Positions 10,442 through 23,175 of a stretch of 64,000 nt of DNA are shown one piece after another. Under the pieces are notes generated by a model that searched no databases, was not told where the DNA came from, and was given only the letters and a program-made list of their open reading frames with translations. This stretch comes from Hydrolagus colliei (lineage: Eukaryota). The position numbers and the translations under genes are program-made. Position 1 is the first letter of the stretch. The number at the start of each line of letters is the position of its first letter. The stretch spans positions 8,804,001-8,868,000 of the forward strand of contig CM068755.1 of the NCBI GenBank assembly GCA_035084275.1. The letters are read 5' to 3'.

Positions 10442-10621
10442 GGCAATCCCCAAGATGAGTCAGTGGAGGAAATTGACTCTGAACCTCCTGAAGAAAGTCA
10501 ACCCCCCATTCCTGTGCGGGGCCATGCACCAACCCATCGGTTGCCCAGTGATGCCAGCCTACATCTTTCATCACCTAATCATACACCTATGAGGAGCCCT
10601 GAACCTCTACCACACACTCAT
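10442..10621 (+). CDS. CCDC33: CCDC33 coding exon 3 (GNPQDESVEEIDSEPPEESQPP...PLPHTH), low-complexity linker
   Basis: Acceptor tgtcattttag, donor CAT|GTAAGT, 180 nt open frame, phase 0-0 compatible with both neighbours. No homology recognised. Confidence 0.75.
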
Positions 10622-10923
10622 GTAAGTGTCATAGGTCTGTGGGTTGTTGAATGTGGCTCGAAACTTATATATTTTTTTAAATCCAAGGAATTGGTTGTGC
10701 AGAAGGTTGGAACAATGACTTTTCATCTCTGGGATGTAGGATACAATTCAGTTCAGAACAATGTCATGAAAATATTTTATTTCTGACACCTGCAGGCTCC
10801 CAAGTAAAATTAGTTTTGACAATCTCTGTTGATTTACTGCAGAATTATTTTATCTCCAACGTGTAGGGCCTGGGTCGCCTGTATATCAAGATGAACACTA
10901 CTTGCCATATTGTTTGGATAGAG

Positions 10924-11383
10924 CAGTGGCTTCCAAACTTTTAAATAGCGGCGCTCCCCCTAACTCAGCAAAGTTTGCGTTGCGCCCACCCCCACCCTGC
11001 CACCTCCTCCTCCACATTGAATAATTTTCACAAATGATGACAGCTAATTCAATATTTTCTTTACCTGTTTTTAATCAGTTTTTTTAAAGTATTAACAAAA
11101 AACATAAAATTGTTTTAAAAATTATTTAAATGAAAACAATTATTAAAATTGTGAAATAAATTAATTACATTTACAATACTTATAATTTGTTAGTGTGATG
11201 TGTGAGCTTGCTTTTCAGCGCAAAGTTTCTCGCTGACTGGCTGGGTCACTGCCTGGCTCACTCACTCGCTCCCTGACTGCCTGCCCAGCTCACTCACTCA
11301 CTGCCGGTTCACTCCCAAGTCTCAATGTTGTTGCGCCCCCTTTCCACCCAATGGTACGCGCGCTCTAGGATTGGAAACCACTG
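10924..11383. mobile_element. Non-autonomous hAT-Charlie-like element (460 bp)
   Basis: TIRs CAGTGGCTTCCAA / TTGGAAACCACTG. Perfect 8-bp TSD GGATAGAG (10916-10923, 11384-11391). Its ends are homologous to the 16556 element in the opposite orientation. Confidence 0.92.
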
Positions 11384-12097
11384 GGATAGAGTGATGGTAG
11401 CATTACATTGGATCTAGAATGTACTAGCACTGCTCAGGGAATAGCTAAATGGAAAATGATTGTTCAGGAAACTTTTGTGCTTATAAATTCATCTTGATGA
11501 GCACAAAATCTTATTTATTTCTCCCCCATCTGTAAAATATCAATGTGTTATTTTGGGAATATATTATTTTTCTGTGTTTTTTGTTTAAAAAAAGTATTTT
11601 ATCTTTGATGTCTGAGCTGCACAGATATTAAGGCAGAAACCTTAACAACAGAAAGCATTAGTGAACCATTGAATGTATAATCCTTGCTACAGAAATGTTA
11701 CTAAAATTACAAGGAACCTAATGAACAGTGACAGAAGATGAAAAATGGGTAAGTTCGGAGCAAAATAATGAGGAAGAGATCCTGGAAACTTCCATCAAAT
11801 ATTCTGTTTTATAAATAAAGCTGAGCTAAGAAAACTTCAGAGGGGGGGAAAGGCGAAATGCTTTATTGTTCCCTTCTGAGATTATTCCCAGGGGAACAGA
11901 TCTGTGAGTGCTGAACCTGTTTTCAGAGCACTTTGAAGTATATGTAATTCAAATATTCAGAGGTATGAGCTGACTTCTGGCAATGTTTCTCACGGTAAAT
12001 TCTGTTGGAAGTCAGAGGGCCAAATACAGTAATAAGTGCATGTTCTTACTTTCAATCCAATTAATAAACTTGCTAGAGCAACTGAAGTTTTGAAATT

Positions 12098-12372
12098 TCT
12101 GGTTCAGTTGGTGGGGCTCTCACCTTTGAGTCAGAGGGACGTGGGTTCAAGCCCCACATCACGACTCGGAACCCATATGATCTATGCTCACATTCCAATC
12201 CCGTGTGTTGCACAATTGGACATACTGTCCTTCAGATGAGAAGTTAAACCAAGGTCCCATCCACCTGTCTACTTGTTAAGGATCCCTGGCACTATTTGAA
12301 AAGAGAAAGTAGTTTATCCTGGTGTCCTGGTCAACAATTCCCCTGTTTGTGGGATTTTGTTTTGTGCAAATC
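12098..12372 (+). mobile_element. Old tRNA-headed Deu-domain SINE
   Basis: A-box-like TGGTTCAGTTGG (12100), B box GGTTCAAGCC (12144), Deu-like core gtccttcagatgagaagttaaaccaaggtccc...ggatccctggcactatttgaa...cctggtgtcctgg. Confidence 0.75.
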
Positions 12373-15300
12373 TGTGATCTTCTGTGCAACATCAAATCTC
12401 CTTTCAAATTCTACAGCCTACAAGTGAATTGTAAATTAGGACATTGGTCTTGAACTGAGGCTTGTGATATTGCAAACTAAACGTGGTGCCTCACGCTCTC
12501 TGGTGTACAGGTGGGAGGAATATATTCACATTTGGAGCAGAAGATGATTTAATCTCAGTATTGTTTTGGGAAAAGGGTGTGTAGTGCAGCACATTTCAGG
12601 TCCATGTTCAGAAACAATTCTACCTTTTAAGGCTTTTTCCTTTCTTAATTGGAGATCACCTTTTTAGAGTTCTTGTCAATTGCAGTTGTACAGTGTTGGA
12701 TATAATGGGTGTTTATTGTAACCTCGACAACTGAAGCTGGCTGCAGACTGGATAGGCAAGAGGCAGCTACCAGATGGATTTGTAGACTGATTGATTATTT
12801 TATTAATACAATCTAATTATTACTTTTAATACATAGCCTTGAGTGGTGAGGGTCACTATAAATTTTAGTCGTAATAAAATGCATCTATAGTAGCTGCCAA
12901 ATGGCTGTAGTAACTTAGCGCATAAATCCATTTAACCAAATTATCCGTTAGATATTCTGAGCATCTCTATATTGGACTCTTAACTGTGAGGGGCTCCAGT
13001 TTATTTTGATGTCTTTGGAATGATTTGGAATTTTTTGTATTGCATTTTATGATGGAATTGATTTGGAAATGGGGGTAGGAGAAATGGAAAATAAGCTCAA
13101 AATAGGACTAATAGGAGTGGAAGCTATTCATAGTCTTGTACAGCACATTTGATTTGTGAATCATATAGGAAGGTCTGTGGTTAATATGAGGAAGGATTAC
13201 AAAAGCCCACAGCTGTCAGTTGAGGCTGAGGGGTATTATTAGTGGAGCGTGACTTTGAGTCAGGCAAGGCCAAGACAAACTGAGATTTTTTCCCTTGTTC
13301 CAAATTACAGTTTACTGTTAAATGGCAGTGTTAACGTGTTTTGTGAAACAGCTCATTAGCTGTGCTTGTAAAGAAGGGGAGGATGATGTACAGAGTGTCT
13401 CGGAGGAAACTGTGACCCTAAGCATTAATGTGTTCAAATCACAGCTATAAAAGGTCAGTGGAGGGGAACTGTGGAGGAAAATGGAAGCGTACTAAGCGAG
13501 TGATGGCATTGGTACCTCCCTTGGGAATTGGGGGTCCTGGGAGGGAGGGATGAGGTTGGGAGGAGGGATGAGATGGGGACAGAGTTATGATGTATGGTTT
13601 TAAACCTCAAGGTGACTGGGGAATGGATTAGCAGGCCTTCTATAAATGAATGGTTTCTCAGTATTGTGATGGCTTCAGACATTTAGTTCTGATCTATAGT
13701 GATGAATACTGTGTGTGCAGTAAAGAATAGAGTGTGCTTGTTTGTGTGGAGTAAGATCAGAACTTTCATTCAGTGCTGATTATGTTAAAACCAGAATGTT
13801 CAATTGCATTGAACATTCAGCTTTTTTTAAGAAAAAATTGCTTGGGGCTGGAAACCTCAGCCTTCATTGGGAGCAAGCATGATCAGCATATAAAATATTG
13901 GCGGTTGGGCCTTGGTATTGATTTTTCTTACACAGACCAAATCGATTAAATCAAAAAGTATAATTGGAAAAATCTATTCTTAAAAGTCATGAATATTTAA
14001 AAATCCCAACCACTCTTTAAATGCAACTGTGTGGTGGGTTTTTATTTGCACACATCGGTGATAGCTTGATGATGGAACTATATACAGCTAGTTACATACC
14101 AGTGGTATCTCTAGATTCTGCTTTTAAAGGGGTTTTGTTTGTTTTGGATGTGACAGGTCTACTTACATGAGTGCACGCATGGAGAATGGCCCAGTTGTAT
14201 AAGGTGCTAGAGAGTTACACATGGACTGAAATGCACTCTACCATATTACCGATGGTGCTGAGGTAGCATTAATGGTGGAACAATGGGAAGGAGGAAAATT
14301 TCATTACCTGGCACATTGAGATTTCTCTGAACAGGATCACTAATTAAGGAAACTTGATAGAAATCCTGTTGACCTACAAAAATTTACGTCTGTAAGTTGA
14401 GCAAAACTCCTGCAGTGAAAGGTGTCCCCGTTTCATTCCACTGGTTCCTTATTTACAAATACTGCAAACCAGATCATATTGTCGAACCGTATTCAACGTG
14501 TAATATTCTCATTCAAGTTTCTCCTTACTATGCAAATTGCAAAAACAATCATTTATGATTTGTTCCAAATGAAGTTCAAGCTCTACTTGATAGTAATGAG
14601 AAACCTATTTGTTGACAAATTTGCCGACATGGGTTCGAAGCCACAATGAGAGGTCGAAGCCGGGCTGACCTGCTATATATAATATAAGAATCCTGTAGAG
14701 GAATATGACATGTTCTGCTTTGCATAATCTAATGTTATCCATGCAGCAGCTATATCATTAACTTTTATCTGTCATGGCATTTCTGTTAGTTGGCAACTCT
14801 AGTCTCTGCTGAGGTCGCATTCGGACCACAGTACACAGTCGTATGTATCATAGGCTGACATTCCAATTTATTGCTGGGCTTGCTTGCAAATACAATCACT
14901 ATATGAAATGCTTCAAAATCCCTAAACATTATAGGTACTGCATCAAATATAAGGATAATTTAAGACGAGAGTTTTGTTGAATTTGATAATGCAGTATTAC
15001 ACTGGTGGACGTGAAATACAGACTGAAAGAATGTCCAACAATTTACAGTTAATTCCGTAAATGATTCAACATTGGAACACAGGATTCAATGCTCCTTTTT
15101 TAAATTATGTACAAGTTCGGTATTTCCTCAGAGAGCAGAGCTGTGATACAAGAGTTTTATTACTTCCAACTCTTCAGACAGTGGAGTTTGGATTGCGGCG
15201 ATGATGGAGAGGATGGAAATTTATTCTGCAAATTGCTCCTGAAATCTCGCTGCTAATCTAAATTGCTGCCCTGAAGGATTTGTTAGTTTTTCAGTTGTAT

Positions 15301-16064
15301 CGCACCTCTCAGTGGGAAACGTGTAATGAAAGAGCATGGCATCTTGGCAGAGCGTTCCATAAATGTAGTTCAGGATTGTAACTATAAAGAAATGAAAAGT
15401 AATGATATTCATGGAAAATGTTCCAGCAGTGTTTCATTCAAAGCACAATCTTCCCTCATGAAAGGAGTTCAGTTCCAACCACTGAATTGCCTGATCCAAG
15501 TGTGTGAGTGAACAATAAATCTATAGTCCCCTCACACCTCGGTGTTGACTAGGAAACTTCATCAATGACCAAATGAATTCTCATGTCTTCTTGGTACAGT
15601 GCTACATTGAAGGTAGGGATATGTGTGGATCACTTTCCTTTTAGTGACAGAGACAAGGTGGTGAAGGAGGAGGCAGTGGGAAAAGTGCCAAAAATGTAAA
15701 ACATTTAGTAGTAACACAAGTAAATCTTGATTTCAGTCATTCAGCAGCTAAGTAGAAGAACTCAGCTCATAACTGGGGCATAGCAACTAATTTCAGGAGG
15801 TCCTTTGGCCTGCTGAAGATGAATATTACTTGAGGTTACTCTGCAACAAAGTCTGGGAATTGGACAAACTGTTAAATTTGTAATCAAATCCAAAATCTTG
15901 TAAGGAAATTAAGAACATGTGGTAGCTGTCCACAATCTTCCATTTGTGAAGAATATTTAGTTCCTAATCAATGTTCTCACTCCTGATTGCTCTCCAGTGA
16001 ATTGGAAAGATCAGGTGAGAATAATGTTTGACCTCCCCTCCCTCTTCCCATGGTGGAAGTCTAA

Positions 16065-16360
16065 AAATATAATCCTGATATTTGTTGTAGCATCCTTCTC
16101 GCCAGGAGGACGCTTCAAGGCACTTCACAGAATAAACTGTAAAGTGAATTGAATGTACATTTCGTGGTGAAATGTGGCAGCCAATTACGCACAACAGTGT
16201 CCGCAAACAGTCATGGGTTGAAGTGACTAATTTATTATTATTGAAGTGGGGGTGAATTATTCATCCCTTATAATGCCTTATCACTTCATTGAGATATGTC
16301 AAAGCGCTTCACAGGATTGTGAAGTGGATTGACTGTGTATTTTGTAGGTGAAATGCAGAA
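16065..16360 (-). mobile_element. Two partial tRNA-SINE 3' fragments in tandem
   Basis: Reverse complement of the SINE body and tail (16065-16242), followed by a second tail (about 16256-16360). Confidence 0.8.
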
Positions 16361-16555
16361 TAATCTGGGCTTCCCATCCACTTAAGTAGATGTTACTGTG
16401 ACTGACCTTTGGCAGTAAACCTCATAGTGTGTTTAAAGTCTGTTTACAACAACTCTGGTGGCTCCAGTCAGGAGTCAGCTCCCAATCTGTCAATGTTATT
16501 GTAAGTTAATGTTTAACTGGCCTACTCTCAACTGTTTCCCTCTTACCCATTAGGT

Positions 16556-17010
16556 CAGTGGTTTCCAAACTGGGGGGCGCGTACCGTTGGCTGGGGAGGG
16601 CGTGGGTCTTTAGAGTTTTGAGCCCCTGAGTGCGTGTGGAACCAAAGTGGAGCCGAGGACCCGAGCGTGTAGAGCCGAGTGTGAAGGAGTGGGAGGGTGG
16701 GGTGGGGGGGCGCAACAAACACATTGCTGAGTTAGGGGGCCACCGCTATTCAAAATTTGGAAGCCACTGCCTCAGTGTGAGTTATCCAAACCTGTTGCCA
16801 AGTCGGTCGGTCAGTTGGTCAGTCAAGCGGTCACCGATGGAGCCCTGGCTGCAGTCCTGCCCGCGGGCCTCCCGACCCAGCGATCACCGGTGGAGCTGAG
16901 GCGAAGCCGAGGACCCGAGTGGAGCCGAGTGTGAAGGAGTGGGGTGCAACAAAAACGTTGCTGAGTTAGGCGGGCGAGGGGCGCCACTATTCAAAGTTTG
17001 GAAGCCACTG
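16556..17010. mobile_element. Non-autonomous hAT-Charlie-like element with two right-hand ends
   Basis: TIRs CAGTGGTTTCCAAAC / GTTTGGAAGCCACTG, perfect TSD CATTAGGT (16548-16555, 17011-17018). An extra right TIR ends at 16769. Confidence 0.92.
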
Positions 17011-19027
17011 CATTAGGTTGATTACACACTATCAGTTTGTGTTTGCAGTTGCGAATATTACAGATGGTCATTTTGAAGTTAGTTTTCTCAGATTACAAAC
17101 AGCTGAGAAAACTATCTTTGGATATCCTTTAAAACATTTAACATAATGCAGTAATTTTTGAATGCATGTACCTTACTGATTACTGAAATTATTCAGTGAC
17201 ATTTTGAAATGATGGTTGAGGACATGTGGTAACATGAAACGGCATGGTTACCTCTTTGATGTTTACCTTGGTTACCAGCAAACGATAAAAAACTACAAAC
17301 CCTTTTATGTTTCAATTGAAAGAATAGGAATACAATCTAGTGTGGTGGAGGTTATCTGGATAGAATAGTATTAATATGAAACAACGAATCATCCATTCAC
17401 AGACGTTAAGGGGATACATTAAAATAAGTGGTTCATGCAAACTAGTCCAAATTTCATGGTCTATGTTGTGCTGTAATTTTATTCTGATTTCTTTTATTCT
17501 TCACAAATGGAAGATCTTTCTTTTATTGCTTTAAAAAAAACATTGGTTTATTGCACTAAGTAATATATTTTTAGATCAGGGTCTATGTTTGTATTATTTG
17601 ATGAATGTTGCACTTTTAATGCTGGACTTCTCTCTCATGTTTCCAAATAAGGCTGGATCTGTATTTAATCAGGACTTTGAAGTTGCAATTTACAATGATA
17701 TGATGATAATTTATTTTACTGTGTATTGCAGATCATGCTATTTGATCTGGTAGAGAGAGCAAACTGATTCACTTGTAACAAGGGTTTCATTTTGTGATTC
17801 CGTTTTTTTGGTATCACTTACTGCTCCCAGAAAGGGAATGCAAACCAGTCATGTTAACAGTCGTGTGATAGTACAAGTTATTGTGAAACTGGCTGGAACA
17901 ATCCTTTGGGTCATGTAACTTCCTGCAGTAATCTGTTAGAAAAATGGGTTAGTTCTCTGACCCTGCAATATCAGTGTTCTATCTCTGCCATTAATTCTCT
18001 GTTGATCATTTTCTTGATTTGTTTTCCTTCCATATCATTAATATAGATTGGATGGGAAGAGGGTGGTGGTGGTGGGGGGGAGAAGGAATAAGAGCTCCCT
18101 ATGGTTTGTCACTAACCACATTTAACCACACTGAAACATCTATTTAGCTCACGCTTTCCTTTCTTTATTTGAGCCATCTTCCATGCAGCCAATTTCCTTT
18201 AAATATTTTATAATTTAATTTTGTGAATCAGTCTCGCATAGTTCCTTATCCAATACCTTCTGAAAATCAATCTGTGTATACATTTGAAAGTACATGCATC
18301 AACTATAGTCCATTTCGTTACACAGAATATCATTCCCCATCATATTGATATCAGGGTAGATCGGAGTATTGGCCTTGTAACTTGCACTCAATTAGGGAGT
18401 GAAAGGCAATTAGGCTGGTAACCAATTCTGATCATTTTTATTTCTGTAGGGATGTTTCCACAGACGTATCTTCTCTATGCGGAATCAGTAACATGGGAAA
18501 AATTGTATATTTGATTCTGATGGCTATTGATGGCCAATTAAAATTTTAATTCGAGAAGTAAACTTGGGAATAAGGTAAACAATTGGCACCATAGTTCAGC
18601 TACATTTCACTGGGAGCTGAATGTGAAAGGCTTTCTTTTTTGTGGCTTGTGATGTAAAGGATTATGCCTTTTATGTCTTATCTGACAGCAACATATTCTG
18701 GGATGTGAGATCCGGTTAATAGACCCTTTTTACACTTGTTTTGCTATGAATAATATAATCTTTAATCTTCTGTTTGAGGGTTTAAAAGCTTTCATTCATT
18801 CTGGTGTACAGCGCAATGACATAATCATTTCTTGTATAATCCCTTGAAAGGACAATTTGCATTGTTCATACTGTGGTGCAACAGGCCCACATTGCTCAAT
18901 TTAATCAAGCCTCCCGCGTTCTCCATCCAACTGTTTGTTCTGATGAATGGTCCCAACCTGAACCCTATCCTGTTGTTCCCCTTCAAACCCTGATTATCTG
19001 GTGATGTATTCTGCATTTTACTACTAT

Positions 19028-19334
19028 TAATAATAATAATATCCTTGCATTTGATATAGTGCTTTTCACGTCTTCTGGATGTCTCAAAGAGCTTCACAGA
19101 ATATACTGTAAACTGAATTGACTGTATATTTGTGGGTGAAATGCGGCTGCCAATTGCGCACAACAGTTTCCCACAAACAGTCGTGGATTGAGTGACCGAA
19201 TTATAATTTTTTGGGTGGATTATTATTAGGCATGTGGAGTAAGGAAACCTGCACAAGGTTTTGCCCTGCCGGGTATCGAACCTAGATTTCTTGCTAGCGA
19301 AGCGAGTGCTCCCACCACTGAGCTACAGGACTTG
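19028..19334 (-). mobile_element. Full-length tRNA-SINE, short form
   Basis: Reverse complement of the 5005 copy, including the tRNA-like head (accactgagctacaggac) and the (att)n tail. Confidence 0.92.
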
Positions 19335-20292
19335 TAGCATTGTAGAGAGAAGCCTCTCTTTGGGGCTATCCCACAAAAGGGATGCTTGCCTTTCTTGAAA
19401 CTTGTCTTTATGGGCATGGTGAATATGTTACTCGATGATTTTCACTGACTCTTAAACGTGGACTTGTAGTGCAGTGTCCTGTCTAGAGGCTTACACTAGG
19501 GCAGACACTGCAGTGCTCTGACCAGATGCTTTTTTAACCCGTAAAACTGTTGGGAATAAGTTGACCTACTTTGGGCCTGCTACCGGTTGCTCAGAACCTG
19601 TGGGCTGTTTCCTTCCATATTAAAAATGACTTGTTAATTTTTTGTGTTATGAAGCCAGGAACTCTTACTTCGGGTAGCTGATTTTAACATGAGTATTGCT
19701 GTATCACTTCCCCTGGTCTGGCAAGGATTTTAAAAATGTTCCTTCTCAATTTATTTTCCTTCAATCTGTCTGGCCAGCTTTATATCAGCAGTCGGGTGCC
19801 TCCAGATCTGCTACATGTAAAGGAACACAGACAACTGAAAGCTGTTTGAAGACATCCTTGCCAAGCCAAACCATCACAAGTAAATCTAATCTATTTTTTC
19901 CACATTTATGTGGCAACAGGTGTGTGATTTGATTGTCAGGCAGGCATTGGCTTGACTGGAGCTGATTCACTCACAAGTGTGAAAATCCCATGTTTTACCA
20001 TTCACAAATTAGCATTTGTCAATGGTAAAACTCAGACCTATAAACTGCCGTTGCTTCACACTCTCCTTGTTTATGCAATTTATTCTCGGCTTTAAATACA
20101 TTTTAGGTAATTTGCAATAAATTATTATCTAACAGATGGTCGATTGCATCCCAGGAATAAATTTATGTGTGCCCTCTTGCCTGGATTTATTAAACCTCAC
20201 TGGATTGGAATTGTGAAATTGTACGCTTTCTGCAGGGAAATCATTGCCCATCTTTTTCATGTTGGAAATGTGAAATCTTTTCTGATGTTGCG

Positions 20293-20356
20293 GTTGCCAT
20301 GGCATTGCTCACTGTTAGCTGCTGTTTAGCTGCGCTGAGAGAGTGAGATGGTAAAT
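20293..20356 (+). promoter_or_regulatory. RFX X-box followed by ATG|GT splice donor (candidate internal first exon)
   Basis: GTTGCCATGGCATT (20293-20306) matches 12/14 of the palindromic X-box GTTGCCATGGCAAC. ATG at 20348-20350 is directly followed by GTAAAT. Confidence 0.35.
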
Positions 20357-20940
20357 CTCATAAAGGGGGAAAGGCAGGCAAGAGCTGAGGTGTTCAGTGT
20401 CTTGCCGTCAATTAGTTAAAGTCTCAGGATTTCTAGGAAGGCACTTTTAATAATTCCTTTATCCCAAGGAGCATCTTTTCTATGAGCGAAGACTTGACTG
20501 ATCTAATCGGTTGACACATTACTCTTGGTATCCATCAGACATTATACTGTACCTTTCTAGATAAACCTTTTAATAAAAGGCAGCTTTTTTTATTTTGCCA
20601 TTGTTCAATAAATCATTTGGACCATTTAAATATTACTTTCTAGATAACGGAGCAACGGTATTCTTTCACAATTATGACCATCGCTACAGCTAGGGGATTG
20701 TTCAATCCAAGGACTCAATTTGACACTGTATATATAGTGCAGCATGGAAGAATGACCTGTGGCTTTTTTTCATTGAGGAACAAAAATTTCCTCTTTACCG
20801 CACTGCCGAAGACGATCCATAAATTTGTAAATCTCATGTCATGGCAGTATTTGTTGCTTACCAATGTAGATCATTGATATGCATGTGCATTCTATTTTGC
20901 ACCATATGAAAAAATCATCTGATTTTTTTAAAAGGCAAGA

Positions 20941-21710
20941 ACATCAACAACAACAATAAAATTGCATTTGAAGATCGCCTTTCAACAACAACAACAAACA
21001 CAACAACTTCAATTTATATAGCGCCCTCCACGCCGGACCTCGTCTCAGAGCGCTTCACAATAGTGGATCCTGGGACCGAGCCAGGGGCAGGGGTAGAAAG
21101 GTGACCAAAGGCGTGGTCGAAAAGAAAGGTCTTTAGCTGGGACCTGAAGCTGAGAAGAGAGGGGGCGAAGCGAAGGTAGTGAGGAAGGGAATTCCAGAGA
21201 CTCTGGGCATAGTGGCTGAAGGCACAGCCGCTGAGCGTGGAGCGGAGGATTTGGGAGACATGGAGGAGGCCAGACCCAGTGGAGCAAAGGCAACGGGTGC
21301 TGGTTTGAGGAGAGAGGAGGTCAGACAGGTAGGGGAGTACAGAGGAGTGGAGGACGTCCCAAGGTGCTGAACAGACAAGGTTTAGGACCCAAGGATGGTT
21401 GGGAGATGAGACAGGGTTTGGTTGAGGGAGGGCAGAGAGGCAGCAGGGCGATTGAAGGCATGGTTGAAGAGGAGGATCTTGAGACTGATCTTGAAGGAGG
21501 CATGGGAGGGAGCAAAGCGAAGGGATTGTGGGTTGGAGTTCCAAAGTGTAGGTGCAGAGAGGCTGAAAGCCTGGCTGCTGATGGTAGGGTGAGTTGGGTG
21601 GGAGACCTGAAGCAGGCCGGAGCCTGCTGAATGGAGAGAACGAACAGGCCGTGGAGGGCCTTGAAACTGAGGACAAGGATCTTGAATTTGATCCTCTGAG
21701 GAATGAAGCT
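20941..21710 (-). mobile_element. Tandem L2 LINE 3' fragments (RT C-terminus and tails)
   Basis: Translations RIKFKILVLSFKALHGL and YLSDLL...AFSHYAQSLWNSLP...FRSQLKTFLF are typical of the L2 ORF2 end. Two bodies (about 20985-21345 and 21350-21710) with (CAA)n tails. Confidence 0.88.
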
Positions 21711-23175
21711 GGGCAAGGAAATTAATATCAAAACGTATAAAGGAATATACTGTTACTACTCGGTACAGTAAAACCTATGAAGCATTTTGAGACATTAACA
21801 ATGTGATGAAGGCAAAATAGCATACAAATATTATTTACCTATCTAAAGTAGTGTATATGTATTTATATGTCACAAAAATACTCAATAAATTGAATTTTCA
21901 CCATCAGAATCAATTGTATTTGTACAGAATGGCACCTGCTTGTTGGGAGAGGCTCTTGTGATTCCATTAATTTGCTGAGAGAGTGTTATTTTCCATGCAT
22001 GAGTATCGCCATTTCTGTTTTCATCTGCATGAATTAACAGTCAGTGACCTTGAAAATAACTATCGCACAATATTTAGTGAATAATCTTGCATTTTAAAAA
22101 AATGCTCAAGGAGCAAGAATCAAACTAGCAACAAGGACTAGTGATATATTTCCCTTTGTGGCAAAATGGTTGATTAGATATGTTTGACGATTTTCTTAAA
22201 ATGTAAATTTCTGTGTGACCTATAAATGCTTTTCTGGAAAATTGTTCCATTTCAGTCAATGCTAAATTAGTCTAGTTTTTTTTTGTAATCAACAGGAAAC
22301 TGGCTCTACATGTTTCTAATTTCAGGCTGTCAGCTACAGCCTGTCACCTTGAGCAGGCAGGGGGTTCAGACTTGCTAGACACTTTAGATTGTTAGTTGCT
22401 GGCCAGTGGCTCTGGTGAGCGCTGAACTGTTATTAAGACTTACTGCTATCTATGGGCCAATGTTTAATGGAACAATCCCTGTGCTGTTCAGGTGACAGCT
22501 TAAGTGCTTTGTGAAAGAGAAAATTGAAAAGATTTCTTTGGAATTGACAGCGGTAGCGATTTAGAAAGACTCTGTTCCATTTTAAATGCTCATTCAGATT
22601 TTACAATATTTAAATCTTCTGATGAAATGCTTTTTCTTGCTGTTGAGGCATTTTGTTATGAATTGTGTTATAAATGCCTAGGGTTTTATATGTACATTTT
22701 GGTTGTGAATCTCTATGAGAGATTCATTATCAATACAGTATTACTGTGCCAAGGAGTCAGTAATGGCTTCATATTCAAATGAAAAGCGTTTGAATGCCAT
22801 TCTCGCTTCCTTGGGATGCAGACTCATATGTAAATTTGTATAGTTACAGAAAAGTACGGTACTTAAAAGAAGTGAAAGTCAAACAGGTGATTTAAGCAAC
22901 TGCTTAATCTTGTAATGGAAAGACAGTGGGATGTGATTCTGGAAGGGTGAAATCAAATGGGCTAAAAGGGATTTCTTCATCTGAACGTTTTTGTGATTGT
23001 GTGATAATTGTAGACGAATGAACGCTGCAGTAATGTCCTTTTTAAATGTTTGTAAATATTCTATGAATTGCAATATGATCAACTTCCCCAATAGCTAACT
23101 TGGCAGACAACCGTACTTGGTAGCAGTAGGTTTTGAGTGGTGGACTGCGTATTTGGTGGACTGCATACTTCATAT

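Noticed and set aside
18825-19256. Recurrent peptide motif [32 protein letters not shown] in several ORFs
   Set aside because: It is a translation of the SINE body in multiple copies, not a protein family.
21014-21731. 220-aa and 136-aa minus-strand ORFs as a functional gene
   Set aside because: These are frameshifted, truncated L2 ORF2 remnants from two adjacent copies with no intact RT core.
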